Below, one piece after another: positions 1-11,876 of a stretch of DNA of 64,000 nt (the first letter of the stretch is position 1; every line of letters starts with the position of its first letter). The stretch is from NCBI GenBank assembly GCA_030770535.1, contig JASVEC010000017.1:434001-498000 (forward strand), in the 5' to 3' direction. The notes beneath the pieces were generated by a model. It did no database searches. It was not told the DNA's origin and saw only the letters and a list, made by a program, of their open reading frames with translations. The stretch is from Batkoa obscura (lineage: Eukaryota). A program made the translations under genes and the position numbers.

Positions 1-551
1 ATCATTCTTCTACTTTTATTTAATATATATATATTATCTGACGAATATTTATCATTATTTTTTTTATTGAATCTTGATGAAATAGTTGAATTATCAAGTA
101 AATATTGTATAATAATCTCGATTTGCTCATCTTTAATTTTTTTTGTATTTTTGATAGTAGGTCGTAACGTTGGTATTTTATTATTATTAGTTATTTTTGA
201 ATAATCATATTGATTTTTACTTATATTAAATCCAAAACTTTTACATTCATCAAAAGAATATACTGAAGCTATAGTCGATAATAATGCTACTTGTTGGTTT
301 TTATTTCCTGTTTCCCTTAAAGTACTAATTTTATACATTGCTTGATTAAGTTTGTTATTATTAATAGTAAAATTTAATAATATTTCTTTTCTTTTTTTTG
401 TTTTATTATAAAATTCCATAAACTCTGGGTTATTGTGAATAGTTGTTAAAATTGATGTAAATGAATTACAATGTTTATATAATGTGCTTCTCCCTACCGT
501 ATTAAAGTCTTTAGAAATTCCATTTCGAAGTTTAGTTATAAAAGCTTGCAT
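1..551 (-). CDS. ORF of at least 183 aa running off the left edge; candidate transposase N-terminus
   Basis: Manual translation from ATG at 551 (MQAFITKLRNGISKDF...QVALLSTIASVYSFDECKSFGFNISKNQYDYSK...IYILNKSRRM) has no stop to position 1 despite very high AT. It is absent from the ORF track, presumably because it has no stop in the window. It lies inside the MITE-like terminus at 1183. Confidence 0.6.
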   Translation of the reverse strand, partial: MQAFITKLRNGISKDFNTVGRSTLYKHCNSFTSILTTIHNNPEFMEFYNKTKKRKEILLNFTINNNKLNQAMYKISTLRETGNKNQQVALLSTIASVYSFDECKSFGFNISKNQYDYSKITNNNKIPTLRPTIKNTKKIKDEQIEIIIQYLLDNSTISSRFNKKNNDKYSSDNIYILNKSRRM

Positions 552-642
552 TTTGTTTTTGTTTTAACAAAAAATAAAGTTAAATAACTATATAATTATA
601 TATTATATAGCTATTGAATATTTAATAAAAAATACAAAACAC

Positions 643-1002
643 TGTGAAATATCGTTTCATCATCTCTGTGATTGATTATCGCATAATAATCACTTAACTT
701 GTTTACAAAACTAGTTGAGTGTAAAATAGATTCTTCAACATAATAGCTCAAGGCTTTTTAATTAAATTGTTCCCTAATATTTTACTTTTAATAAAGCCAC
801 TAAATCTTTCTGATAATATCTTATGTAGATTTTATAGTAATATCCTGTATTCTATTTATTTTACATAGCTCGTAGCTTATTGCGTATTACTCCTATTGAT
901 TTAAGTCTATCTTAGCTATATAAACTAAGGCCTTTTGACTTACGGCCAGTTAACTAAGCTAGAACTGCCTCTAACTCTAATTACTGAGTACTAACTTTCA
1001 CA
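643..1002 (+). mobile_element. Solo-LTR-like family B, diverged and internally deleted copy (360 bp)
   Basis: TGTGAAA...TTTCACA ends; homologous to 32688-33154; flanks AACAC/AACAT. Confidence 0.7.
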
Positions 1003-1519
1003 AACATATAATCAAAAAAATAAAATAAAATAAAATAAATAAAATAAGTCTTTAAGTTAAATTTTTATATTTAGTTTTAAGCTTTTTAAATTTAGCTGAT
1101 CATACATTAAAGACTCACAAATTTAAAAACTTAAAATTTGGATTAATTTCTAGTTAAATTCTGAAACCAATTCGGACACCCCCATATTATTGTTAAACAT
1201 TTTAAACTTGAGTCTGAAAAAAGTATTTGTAATAATAAGCACTTTAACATTAATAAGAAAAGTAGTTATTTTAAATATAATAATATTAAAAAATCTAATA
1301 ATTCTGATAATAAATTAAAAAACTTTTAACTAGAAGGAAATAAACTTTTTTTATATTAATTTAAAAATTATTTCTGATTTTTATTATAATAGTAACTTAA
1401 ATTATAAAATTAATACTTTTAAGTTTGATTTAATCTTTATTTTAATATTATTAACCAGATAATGTAATAAATTTTAAAAAAAAGATTTTATTATCAAAGT
1501 CTTAAAACCAAACTATATT

Positions 1520-1720
1520 TGAAAACTTATTTATTTATTTAAAATTTTAATAATAATCTTTTTGGTTAAATAGCATTTGGGTGTGTTTTTTTTGGTTTCA
1601 TTATTTTTTCCATTTTTTAAACGCTATTTGAGCGGAAAGATTGTTGGTAAAATTCTTAAATAAAAAAATACATCCCCATTTAAAAAAAGGAAAAAGTGAT
1701 GAAGCCAAAAAAACACTCCC
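1520..1720. mobile_element. Old MITE-A copy split by a nested younger MITE-A (1579-1677)
   Basis: The inner copy GGGTGTG..CATCCCC has TSD ATTT/ATTT. Its flanks rejoin as ...TTAAATAGC-ATTT-AAAAAAAGGAAAAAGTGATGAAGCC...CACTCCC, a MITE-A in the opposite orientation. Left boundary is approximate. Confidence 0.75.
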
Positions 1721-2241
1721 ATATCTATTTGCTTCCTGTCGCTATTTAATTTATTGATAATATTAATATTTTTAATTTTAAAATAATAAACAAAATTATT
1801 AAACTTTATATTATTTAGTTATTTAACTTGTTTGAATTATTTTTAATTTAAAAAAATTGTATAACACCTATTATAATTAGTTTTTATTTTATTAATAATA
1901 TAAAACTAGCTTCTACTTTTAAAAATGTTATTGATAAATATCAAAACAAAAAATAAATATTATTCTTAAACCCTAAATACCAGAGCAAATTTTAATAATT
2001 ATAGCCATATAAAGATAATTATTAATAAAAAATACATTTATATTATATTATATTAATAATAATATCTTAATTAACTTTATTTTCAATTGCTTTATAAAAC
2101 GTTTGTTATTTAAATTAGTTATAAATTGCTTAAATACTTTTAAAACTGGGCTTTTTATAAAATATAAATATTAATTATTTTATAATTTTAAATATTTTAA
2201 AAGCATTGGATTAAGCTGTTTTTTATAAAAAATAAGCATGT

Positions 2242-2414
2242 GGGGGTTTTTTTTTTGGGTTCATCACTTTTTCCATCTTTTAAGCGTTATTTGAGCGGAA
2301 AAATTATAAGTAAAATTCTCAAAAAAAATACATCCATGTGTCAATAATGTAATTTTAGCACTCAAATAACGCTTAAAAGATGGAAAAAGTGATGAAGCCA
2401 AAAAAAACACCCCC
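2242..2414. mobile_element. MITE-A copy (2242-2335) plus a partial copy (2359-2414)
   Basis: Matches family consensus; TSD ATGT/ATGT. Confidence 0.8.
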
Positions 2415-2467
2415 AATTTATTTATTTGATAGCAAATTTATGATATTGGCTATAAAGCAGTTAATAG

Positions 2468-3035
2468 TGTGAAAGTTGATACTTAGTGGTCGAAGTTAAA
2501 AGCTATTCTTGCTTAATTAACTTGCTTTGAGTCGAAGGGTCTTAGTTTATGTAACTAAGATAGACTTAAATTAATAGAAATAGTACGTAATAAGCTACGA
2601 ATTATGTAAACAAATACAATGGAAGATACTACTGTAAAATCTATATAAGATGTTGTCTGAAAGACTTAGTGACTTTATTAACGATACGTTATCAGGGAGT
2701 AATCCAATTAAAAAAGCCTCGAGTTATCATGTTGAAGAATCTCTTTTATACTCCAACAGGTATGGATATCAAAACGAGAAGATAATATTCTTTGCAATAT
2801 GGGGATGTATTTTTTTGTTTAAGAATTTTACCAACAATCTTTCCGCTCAAGTAGCGCTTAAAAAATGGAAAAAATAATGAAACCAAAAAACATCCTCATA
2901 TGAAGTTAGAAATTCTCGCAGCAAATCAAAATAAAGGACACTCTGAATTGATTGTGTTTGAACTTGAGAACATAACAACTTAAGTGATTGTTGTGTTATA
3001 ATCAATCCGAGAGCTAAATAAAGCAATGTTTCACA
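2468..3035 (-). mobile_element. Solo-LTR-like family B copy carrying a MITE-A insertion
   Basis: TGTGAAAG...TTTCACA, 4-bp TSD ATAG/ATAG; colinear with 33828-34294 apart from the MITE. Confidence 0.8.
2801..2897. mobile_element. MITE-A
   Basis: GGGGATG..CATCCTC, TSD ATAT; the empty site is visible in the LTR copy near 34155 (TTTGCAATATAAAG). Confidence 0.9.
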
Positions 3036-3432
3036 ATAGTAAATATTTTCTGATGAAGTTTTATATACTACAATTTTGATTAATATTGATATATAGGTTA
3101 TATTAGTAAAAGCCTTGCTGATCCGGGAATTCGTATTAAATTTGATAAAAATTCTGTTAATTTACAATATAACTTATAATAAAATAACTCAAAACTATGT
3201 TAGGTACTTTTGTTTTTTAATAAAGAATTTATTTTTATAGAATTTTAAGCAAAGTTTTTAAAATATAAATATTCAAAATTAGATAAAAAAATAAAACTAA
3301 TTTAAACGTCTTTATCTTTATATAATGCTATATCTATAAAGCTCAGGTTTAAGGTTTTTATATATTTGTAATTAATAATATTACTAAGTTTTTAATTAAA
3401 CTTAATAAATTAATTAAACTAGGATTATATAT

Positions 3433-3534
3433 GGGGGTGTTTTTTTTGGTTTCATCACTTTTTCCATTTTTCAAAGCGCTACTTGAGCGGAAAAAAATTG
3501 TTAGTAAAATTCTTAAACATAAAAATATATCCCC
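3433..3534. mobile_element. MITE-A
   Basis: GGGGGTG..TATCCCC, TSD ATAT. Confidence 0.85.
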
Positions 3535-3745
3535 ATATATAAAAATAATATCAAAAGTATATACACTTTTTATAATAAATTTTAATATATTAAATTAGTT
3601 TAAAACTTTGATATCTGGTTTAATTATAGTAATAACTTAATGTTTTTATTGTTGTTGCTTATATTATATTTAAAAATATTCAAGTAAAGTAAATATTAGT
3701 CTAAGAATTTAATTGCATAATAAAAGCTATAAAAAAATGCCATAT

Positions 3746-3844
3746 GGGGATGTATTTTTTTATTTGAGAGTTTTACTAACAATCTTTCTGCTCAAATAGT
3801 GCTTAAAAAATGGAAAAAATAACGAAACCAAAAAAAACACCCCC
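3746..3844. mobile_element. MITE-A
   Basis: GGGGATG..CACCCCC, TSD ATAT. Confidence 0.85.
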
Positions 3845-4140
3845 ATATAATAAATAAATTATATCAAAAAGTTTTTTTATACTTTGCATTAAGTGCTATA
3901 TATATATAAAATATAATAACTACCAAATATAAATACTGAAATATAAAAAGTAAATTTTTTTACAGTAGATTCAAATAAAAGAACTTTGAATCAATTATAT
4001 ATAACTTTATAAATATGTTTAATTTTGGTGGTGAAATTACCAAATCAAGCCAGATTTATCTTATAAAGTATAATTAAAGTTAAAGTTAAAAATGTAATAC
4101 TAATTGTTAAACTAAAAAACTGACTTGATGTTTTACTTTA

Positions 4141-4470
4141 AATTAGATGGTTTTTAAAATACACAAGTATTTTTTTTATTAATTGTCCATTTTTACTACT
4201 TTTTTAAAGTTTTGAAATTAATTGACTAATGCAACTATTTAAACTTGGATGTGTGCTGACTAACTATCCCTTTTATAACAAAAGTTTAAACATCAAGCTG
4301 CAAATTAGCATAATAATACAAATAGTTATTTATAAAAGTTAATACTAGGCAGCGCATGTTTGAGCTTAGACAGCTGGATTAGCTAATTAATTCTAAATTT
4401 TAGAAAAGTAGTAAAGAAAGATAATTGATCAAAAACATTCTCATGTTATATTTCTCCCTATCATCTAAAT
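4141..4470. repeat. Degenerate foldback / long inverted repeat (arms >100 bp)
   Basis: Left arm TTTACTACTTTTTTAAAGTTTTGAAATTAATTGACTAATGCAACT; right arm reverse complement TTTACTACTTTTCTAAAATTTAGAATTAATTAGCTAATCCAGCT. Confidence 0.6.
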
Positions 4471-4476
4471 GTTTAA

Positions 4477-6667
4477 TCACATTTTATTGTACATAATGTC
4501 CAACTGTTGCTTGAAGCGATCTCCAATAGATTTGTGCTTAAGTTTTTGTGAAGCTGTCAATAAGCCATTATCTGCAGTCCATTCAATATCAGTTATAAGT
4601 ATATCAGGAACGAGTTCAGTTCCAGTAAAGTCATCCTTTTTAGCTTCTTGTATTAATGATTTGCATACTTCTTTTTTGGTTAATTCATTTACACTTGCAT
4701 CGCTTGAATTGTGAATATCAGGGTGGTTGTTGCTACTTTAGAAATATTTAATAGCACCTATATTAGATTGAACGAGGGGAGCGATTTTAGGTTTTAGTGA
4801 ATTGGCACATATGTAAATATTTTGAACATACGAAGTATTACGATAAATACTTCGTAAACATTCCAAAGCAATATATGGGGGTGTTTTTTTTGGTTTCGTT
4901 ATTTTTCCATTTTTAAGCGCTATTTGAGCGGAAAGATTGTTAGTAAAATTTTTAAACAAAAAAATACATCCCCATATTTTCTATTTGATAATTTCACGAA
5001 GCTTTTTTTACAATCAATGATAGAAATGGTATAATCATTATTTAATTGTACAATATCTCCTGTTTTAAACCATTCATTTTCAGTAAAGGCATCTTTCGTT
5101 ACTGCTTCATTGTTACAATAACCTTGCGCAACGGATCTACCATAGAACTAAAATTCACTTTGTGGTAATTTATTATTGTAATAATAACCTGCTTCTGGAA
5201 CATCAAGCAATTTAAATATTGTAAGGGGATATTTGTCTAGCTGCATCCGCGACCTTACAATCTGTAGTATTAGCATATACTAAACCGCATACTTCAGTAA
5301 GGCATAATCTTGAAATAAAGCACATACGGGGTTACTGAAAAACTCTCCAGCTTCATCAGAAATAGTAGAACCATCAGTTACAGCAACTCTTGATTTATCT
5401 CAATTTGTTTCTTGATTTTATTAAATACAAGTTTATCGAACAAAAATGTAGACAAGTCAACTTTTGAAAGGTATTTCTTAGCTTTCATTGAAACATCAAA
5501 TACACTTTGTGCTATCGATCCTGCTTTGCTAATTTTATTTAACACACCTTTACGAATTGAACTATAGATTTGTAGTACACCAACCATAAGATTTGGGCGT
5601 GCTTCACACAAATCACCTCAATAATTTCTTATAGAGGGATCATTGAGAGTCCTTGGAGAACCACAAGAGATTTTAATACCACGTTAAAGACAATAGCAAT
5701 TGGGACTAAAAGCTAAAATATGTGCTAATGGTAAAAAAGATACATAAGTCTCTTGTAAAAGAGTAACAATAAGATCAACTAATTTGGAAACGCCAGCAGC
5801 TATGAAATTAGTTAGTAAGCATAATCGTAAAAATTGGCATAATACTCGTTAACTGGAATAGCGTTTTCATGGGTTAATACAACGCCCTTTGGGTCACCTG
5901 TGATACCACTTGTATACATAACTAAAGCAATATCATCTGGGGTTGGATTACTTTTACCTAGTTCAATCATTTCTTCAAAGGAGCAAAATTGAATTTGATT
6001 ATTATGGCAAAGAATTGTTTGTATTTGCTTTTCATCAGTCTTTCCATCACAAATTATGTTTTTAAGGGTTGGTACGTCTTTTAAAACAGAGGGAATAACT
6101 TTAAGCTGATCAGCTCCTGCAAATACTGTTGTGATAGCACATTCGTTAAGTCCATGTTTAAGCCCTTCAGTACCTAGTGTATCATAAATAGTGACCAAAG
6201 TAATGTTCTGCAAATAGCCAGCATTAACCATGGAAGTTCAGTAAGAGTTGGTTGGCGTAAATAAAGCTAAACGCTTGTCACCACCTAAACCTAAATGTTT
6301 GAGCCCAGGACCAATATCATTGATATTTTTTACTAATCGGTTGTACATGAGCCATTTGTAAGGCGAAAATTGATAAAGCTTCCAGATTTACTTATCTTTT
6401 ACGATCTTACTGTCCACTTTCCTTTCAATTCCTTTGATTTTTTCAATAATACTAGGCACAGATCTTGATCCTATAGCTTCATTATCACCATATTTTTTGG
6501 CAGCATTGACCAAGTTTTCATAAATAGTTGTTGCACCACTATCCGGGATGGCCAATAAACCAACAGTTTGTTTAATTAAATAACTAGAATAAACTGGCAT
6601 AAGCTGGAGAATGACCCTTTTCATTAGATTCGCTTGCAATATAAGATGTTAAGTAAGTGGGAGCCAT
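4477..6667 (-). pseudogene. Long-chain fatty acyl-CoA synthetase (FAA/ACSL-like) pseudogene
   Basis: Fragments in several frames: AMP-binding motif MYTSGITGDPKGVVLTH, TIYDTLG, WFKTGDI, YIALE, and C-terminal EWTADNGLLTASQKLK..IMYNKM*. Multiple stops and frameshifts, a MITE inside the CDS, and no evident introns. Confidence 0.85.
4877..4973. mobile_element. MITE-A inserted in the acyl-CoA synthetase pseudogene
   Basis: Consensus match, TSD ATAT; interrupts the (GE)YIALE motif. Confidence 0.9.
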
Positions 6668-6677
6668 TGTTTAATAT

Positions 6678-6773
6678 GGGATGTATTTTTTTGTTTAAGA
6701 ATTTTACTAACAATCTTTCCGCTCAAATAGCGCTTAAAAATGGAAAAATAACGAAACCAAAAAAAACACTCCC
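6678..6773. mobile_element. MITE-A, 10 bp upstream of the pseudogene ATG
   Basis: GGGATG..CACTCCC, TSD ATAT. Confidence 0.85.
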
Positions 6774-6922
6774 ATATATTAATTTATTTTAAAAAAATAA
6801 GTATAGTTTTTAAGTCAATTTATACTTTTTTATATAACATGGATTTAACAGAGAAATCAAAAATTCTATTGTTTTATTGTTTTAAAGAGTTGAAAAATGA
6901 CATTGTTTTGGAAAAAGCATAT

Positions 6923-7012
6923 GTGAATGTCTTTTTTATTTAAGATTCAGCTAATAAATTATCAACTTTTGTATAAAAATTGACAAATAAATGAAACTAA
7001 AAAGACGACCAC
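6923..7012. mobile_element. Highly diverged MITE-A relative
   Basis: ATAT-GTGAATGTCTTTTTTATTTAAGA...AATGAAACTAAAAAGACGACCAC-ACAT. Confidence 0.5.
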
Positions 7013-7030
7013 ACATTTTAACAGGTATTT

Positions 7031-7114
7031 CTAAACTACCCAAGATTCCAGGCTTCTAAATTTTCAAGTTTAAAGTATTAAAAATTTAGAAGCCTGGAGC
7101 CTCAGGTAGTGCAG
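7031..7114. repeat. Hairpin with an 18-bp perfect stem
   Basis: TCCAGGCTTCTAAATTTT (7047-7064) pairs with AAAATTTAGAAGCCTGGA (7081-7098); imperfect extension outward. Confidence 0.8.
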
Positions 7115-7974
7115 TTAGTTAGCTTGTAATTTGTTAAATTATTTTTATTGAAGTGAAATGAAATTTCTTCTGTATTGATTTGGTTACATAGTCAAATTTA
7201 AGGCTCGTCATTGAAGCTTTAATTGGCTTTTTATCTTTTATGACTCACATTTTTAAATCATAGTTTATCTCAAAATTTTCTTAAAAAAATGGCTCACTAT
7301 TTGTACACTAGAAAATATTTTTTCGATTTTAATAAAATTGAATAAATAATAACTATATTATTAAAAATTTTATTTTTCAATATTTAAAATGATATAAAAT
7401 AAAGCCAATGTTTGCTATAGAATTATTAGACAAACATTATTCAAAGTTAAGTATAGTATTACTAAATCAGTCTATAAGTAAGTTTACCTTTTTTTAAAAT
7501 AATTTTTATAACATCATGCAGACTTATTAAAGCTTCAATCAGCTATAAAGGTGTTATAAAAATCATATTATATTAATCAAATAGTGGAATTGTACCCATT
7601 TTTTCGTACTTGATTATATTGTCAATTCCTAATATACATTAAAAATGTAACGCGCAGTAAAAAAAGGTAAGTAGAATAAAAAATATTAAGATTGATTGCT
7701 GCGCTATTTAAAAGAATCCAAATAACTACAAAATTTGATTATCAATAAAATAACTATTTATTTAAATAACCAATGACCACTGGTTATAGAATTCTATTAA
7801 CTGAATATCGTGCTTGCGCAGTAAACTTTGATTGAAATGAGTTAAGTTCTTTCTGATTAGTTAAAATATATAATGTGAACAAATACGGTGAAAGGCATAA
7901 CAGGTATAATATTTAAAGGGTTGAAAAGTATATAAAGGATAAGAATGAAGATTTAAAAATAAAAAATAAAAACA

Positions 7975-10182
7975 ATGGCCAAAACCAAACAACAATCAAA
8001 TAATATCAACTCAAACAAACTTTTATTCGATGGAATTTTTATTTTATTCACTGAGACTGCTATTGTTGAAGGTGAAAAGTTACAAATAGTTGACAAAATT
8101 CAAAAGTTAGGTGGTAGTGTTTTAACACGTTATTTAAAAAAGGTAATTAAAATAATAAACTAAACCAAACTTTTAATATTTTTAGCTAAACTATATCATT
8201 GCAACTGAAGAAGATAAAAAAGATATGCCTAAGAAATTAGCTCAAGCAGTGGGATGGAAAGATACTTTTATTGTCAGTTTAAAGTTTGTTGAAAAGTGTA
8301 TTGAGGAAGATAAGATTGTTTCGCATGATGACTATTTAATACTATCTGATGACACAACAAAGTCAATAAAAAGAGCACTAAGTGATACAGAAGATGATGA
8401 TAAAGCATCTAAAATCAATAAAGTTGCTATGCTTGATCAAAGTATTGCAAAGAAAGTAAATGTTTTATATTGATATCTGAATCTAAAATTAATATCTAAA
8501 ATTAAGGCTGTAGATGAACTTTGTTCAATTCGATCTGAAGTTTCAGTGTATTTAGAAAACAATATATTATTTGATGCTATGTTAAATCAAACTAATCTTG
8601 GACAAAATAACAATAAATTCTTTGTCCTTCAACTACTTGTTGATACTAAAAATAATTATTATGTTTGGGCTAGATGGGGTAGAGTCGGAGTAAATGGACA
8701 AACTTCTTTGGACAAGTTTAATCAAAACCTTGATCAAGCAATTAGCAAGTTTACTTCTAAATTCTCTGCAAAAAGTGGTAATAGATGGCAGGTACTTCCT
8801 TATACTCATAGAACTGGTAAGTATTTTGTGATGGAAAGAGATTATGAAGATGATAATGATGACAATGACAAGAGTGTGGATGGAATCGTAAAGCCAAAGG
8901 ACGAAGGTTCAGATGAAAAGCCAGTAGCTGAATCAAAGTTAGAACCAAGGGTATATGAATTAGTTAAAAGAATGTTTGATGTTAAAATGATGAATGATTC
9001 AATGTCTCAATTTTCTTATGATACTAAGAAAATGCCCCTTGGGAAATTAACAAAAGATCATATAAAAAAGAGTATGCAAGTTTTGAAAGATATCGCTGAA
9101 GAGTTGACAAATTCGTTGAATAAGTAATTAATATTAAACAAAGTAAATTATTAATTAATTTTATTTAGATACTCTAAACTTGAAGAACTAAGTTCTTTGT
9201 TTTATACAATTATACCTCATGCTTATGGTATGAGAAGACCACCTATTATTGCAACAAAAGAATTATTAAAAAATAAGCTTGAGCTAGTAGAATCATTAGC
9301 TGAAATACAAATAGCCAATAGTTTAATGAAAAAAGTTGATGAAATCGATACCAGTGTTAATCCTATTGATTCAAGGTATAAAGCATTAAATAATAATATT
9401 AAACCACTTGATAAAAAAGGAAAAGAATTTGAACTTATTAAAGAATATGTTAAAAATACACATGGTAGTACTCATAGTTGGTATGATTTGGAGGTAAATT
9501 GTTTTTTGATTCTTTAAATAACTTATTAATTTTTTATAGGTTCAAGATGCTTTTGAATTAATACGTAATGGAGAAGATGAAAGCTTTAAGAAATTTGAAT
9601 CATTACATAATAGAAAATTATTATGGCATGGGTCTAGAATGACTAATTTTGTTGGTATTCTATCTCAGGGGCTTAGAATTGCACCTCCTGAAGCCCCAGT
9701 TACAGGGTATATGTTTGGAAAGGGCGTTTATTTTGCTGATATTGTATCAAAGGTAATTATTGTTCAACAATTTATAAAATGATTCTTAAAAAACATAGAG
9801 TGCCAACTATTGTTGTTCTAATATATCAAATAATGAAGGATTAATGTTATTATGTGAAGTTGCACTAGGAGATGAATTCAAATTAAAAGGCTCAGATTAT
9901 CATGCTGGAGAAAATTCTAAAAACAATAAAGCACATTGTACAAAAGGATTAGGTCGATTATACCCAGATCCAAAAGATGATCTTATACTGGAAAATAAAA
10001 CAGTAGTACCAAAAGGTGCACCTATCTCTTCGGATGATGATAGTCTTTGTTTACAATACAACGAGTACATTGTTTATGATATTGACCAAATCAAAATGAA
10101 GTAAGTTTAATGTATAATAAATTTTTAAAACTAATCATTGTATTATAGATATCTTATTAAGCTTAAATTTAACAACAAATAA
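7975..10182 (+). CDS. PARP: Poly(ADP-ribose) polymerase (BRCT-WGR-regulatory-catalytic), multi-exon
   Basis: WGR domain ([18 protein letters not shown]), [14 protein letters not shown], catalytic LLWHGSR / GVYFAD / YNEYIVY (H-Y-E triad); six short GT-AG introns. Confidence 0.95.
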
Positions 10183-11778
10183 ATATTAGTACTCATATAG
10201 TTATCTATACCTTTAACTACTATAATACATATTGTAATTATTAAAAGTGATATTATTTAAAGAATGAAATAAAACGTTTTTACAAGATTTTATCTTTAGA
10301 CCATAAAGCCTTAAAAAGTAGACTTTTAATTCGAAACATTAGTTTTGAAAACAAGTATATATTTTTTTAGAGTTCCATGTCTATATCAGTGTTCGTTGAG
10401 AAAATTCTATGAATTTAAATAAGAAAAGAGAGAACGTTAAACACAATAGTAATGTCTGAACCAAATAAAGGTCTATTTCTTAACCAGAGTTTGTATTGCC
10501 CAAAAAGAGCCCAATTCTCATTTCAAACTACTGCCCTAAAACAACCAACTGTAGCATATTGGACTATTCTACAATTAAAAAACCGCTATTGATTAAACAC
10601 TAGGCTTTTTAAGATCAACATGAAAAAGAAGGTTATGAACAAAAGCGTTTCCTAAGCTTACTTAATTTTAGGCATGTGTATCTTCCCTTACTTCTTATAC
10701 TAATTTCCTTTTTGTATCATGTATTATACAAATCCTAATTGATTAGTAAATCATTTAAACCTTTTTGGAGCTTCAAGAATTTTAGAAAAAATTATAATAT
10801 CAAAGATAAAAGATTTCAAATTTAATACTTATCGAAATATTTATGATGATCTTGGTTTTAATTAAAGCTCATTTATAGTACAAGAATAATATATATTTAT
10901 CAAAAGTACAGAAATTTAATAATTCGTTCTATAAAACTCAGCAGCCAATTTGCTTATAATAAATAATATTAAGCTGTAACATCAACCAAATAACGAGAAA
11001 AAGTAGAACATTACATGAACATCTTAATATACATCTAATAACATTAGTTGAGACAATTGTGTCATATATTTAAGGGTTTTATTTTAGATACTTAGGATCA
11101 CAAAAGAGATCTTTGGCTTAATAAGACTCATTAACTCAGTTCTGAATAGACAACAAATACTATCAGTACCATCCTTGTTTTTTTAATAAGAGCAGGTGTT
11201 TACCTTCAAATCATTCTATTCCCTTGTAATAACTGTTTATGTTAATAGATTGATTCTTATGTAATAGCTGATTGTGTTTTAATTGAAATCACATTCTATA
11301 ATCCTTCAAAAACACAAAAGTATAAAAGACTCAATATTTTATTTAAAAAAAGTTAAGGAAATATTAAGACAAGCTAATAAAATATAAAATTAATAAAATA
11401 TTAGGTAACTTCAGTTGCAAAAGAATCAACAAAGGAACCTTGTTAGAGTCTTCTTGTATGTTTCTGTCTCAGAGTTTAAAGTTTTTAAAAACTAAACTCA
11501 ACCTTTTGTAGTATTTTATTAGAATTATCAGAATTTAATATTGAGAAATAAATTAATATGATTGGATGTCATAATAGGCAAAATACGGGTTAAAAAGGAG
11601 GATACACAGTACTTAATTGAAGTAGTTTTACATACAAATAAAATAAAGGCATCTAAATGTAGCTAGCTCTAAAAATAACATTTTTGATACTTTTATTAAT
11701 AACTTATAATATAAAAAAAAGATATTTTGAGATATGATATTTAATTTCAAGGTTTCATCATGTTAATTTTTATCATAT

Positions 11779-11876
11779 GGGGATGTATTTTTTTGTTTAA
11801 GAATTTACTAACAATCTTTCCGCTCAAATAGCGTTTAAAAAATGGAAAAAGTAATGAAACTAAAAAAAACGTCCTC
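11779..11876. mobile_element. MITE-A
   Basis: GGGGATG..CGTCCTC, TSD ATAT. Confidence 0.85.

Larger units (their letters stand above)
1..1183 (-). mobile_element. Terminal part of a putative autonomous DNA transposon related to MITE family A
   Basis: The minus strand from 1183 reads GGGGGTGTCCGAATTGGTTTCAGAATTTAACTAGAAAT with outer flank ATAT; 27/38 identities to the MITE end GGGGATGTATTTTTTTGTTTAAGAATTTTACTAACAAT. The ORF points inward. Confidence 0.6.

Noticed and set aside
2650..2877. 75-aa ORF
   Set aside because: Chance frame across the LTR and nested MITE
4469..4959. ORFs 4469-4714(+) and 4738-4959(-)
   Set aside because: Antisense shadow of the pseudogene, and a MITE-pseudogene chimera
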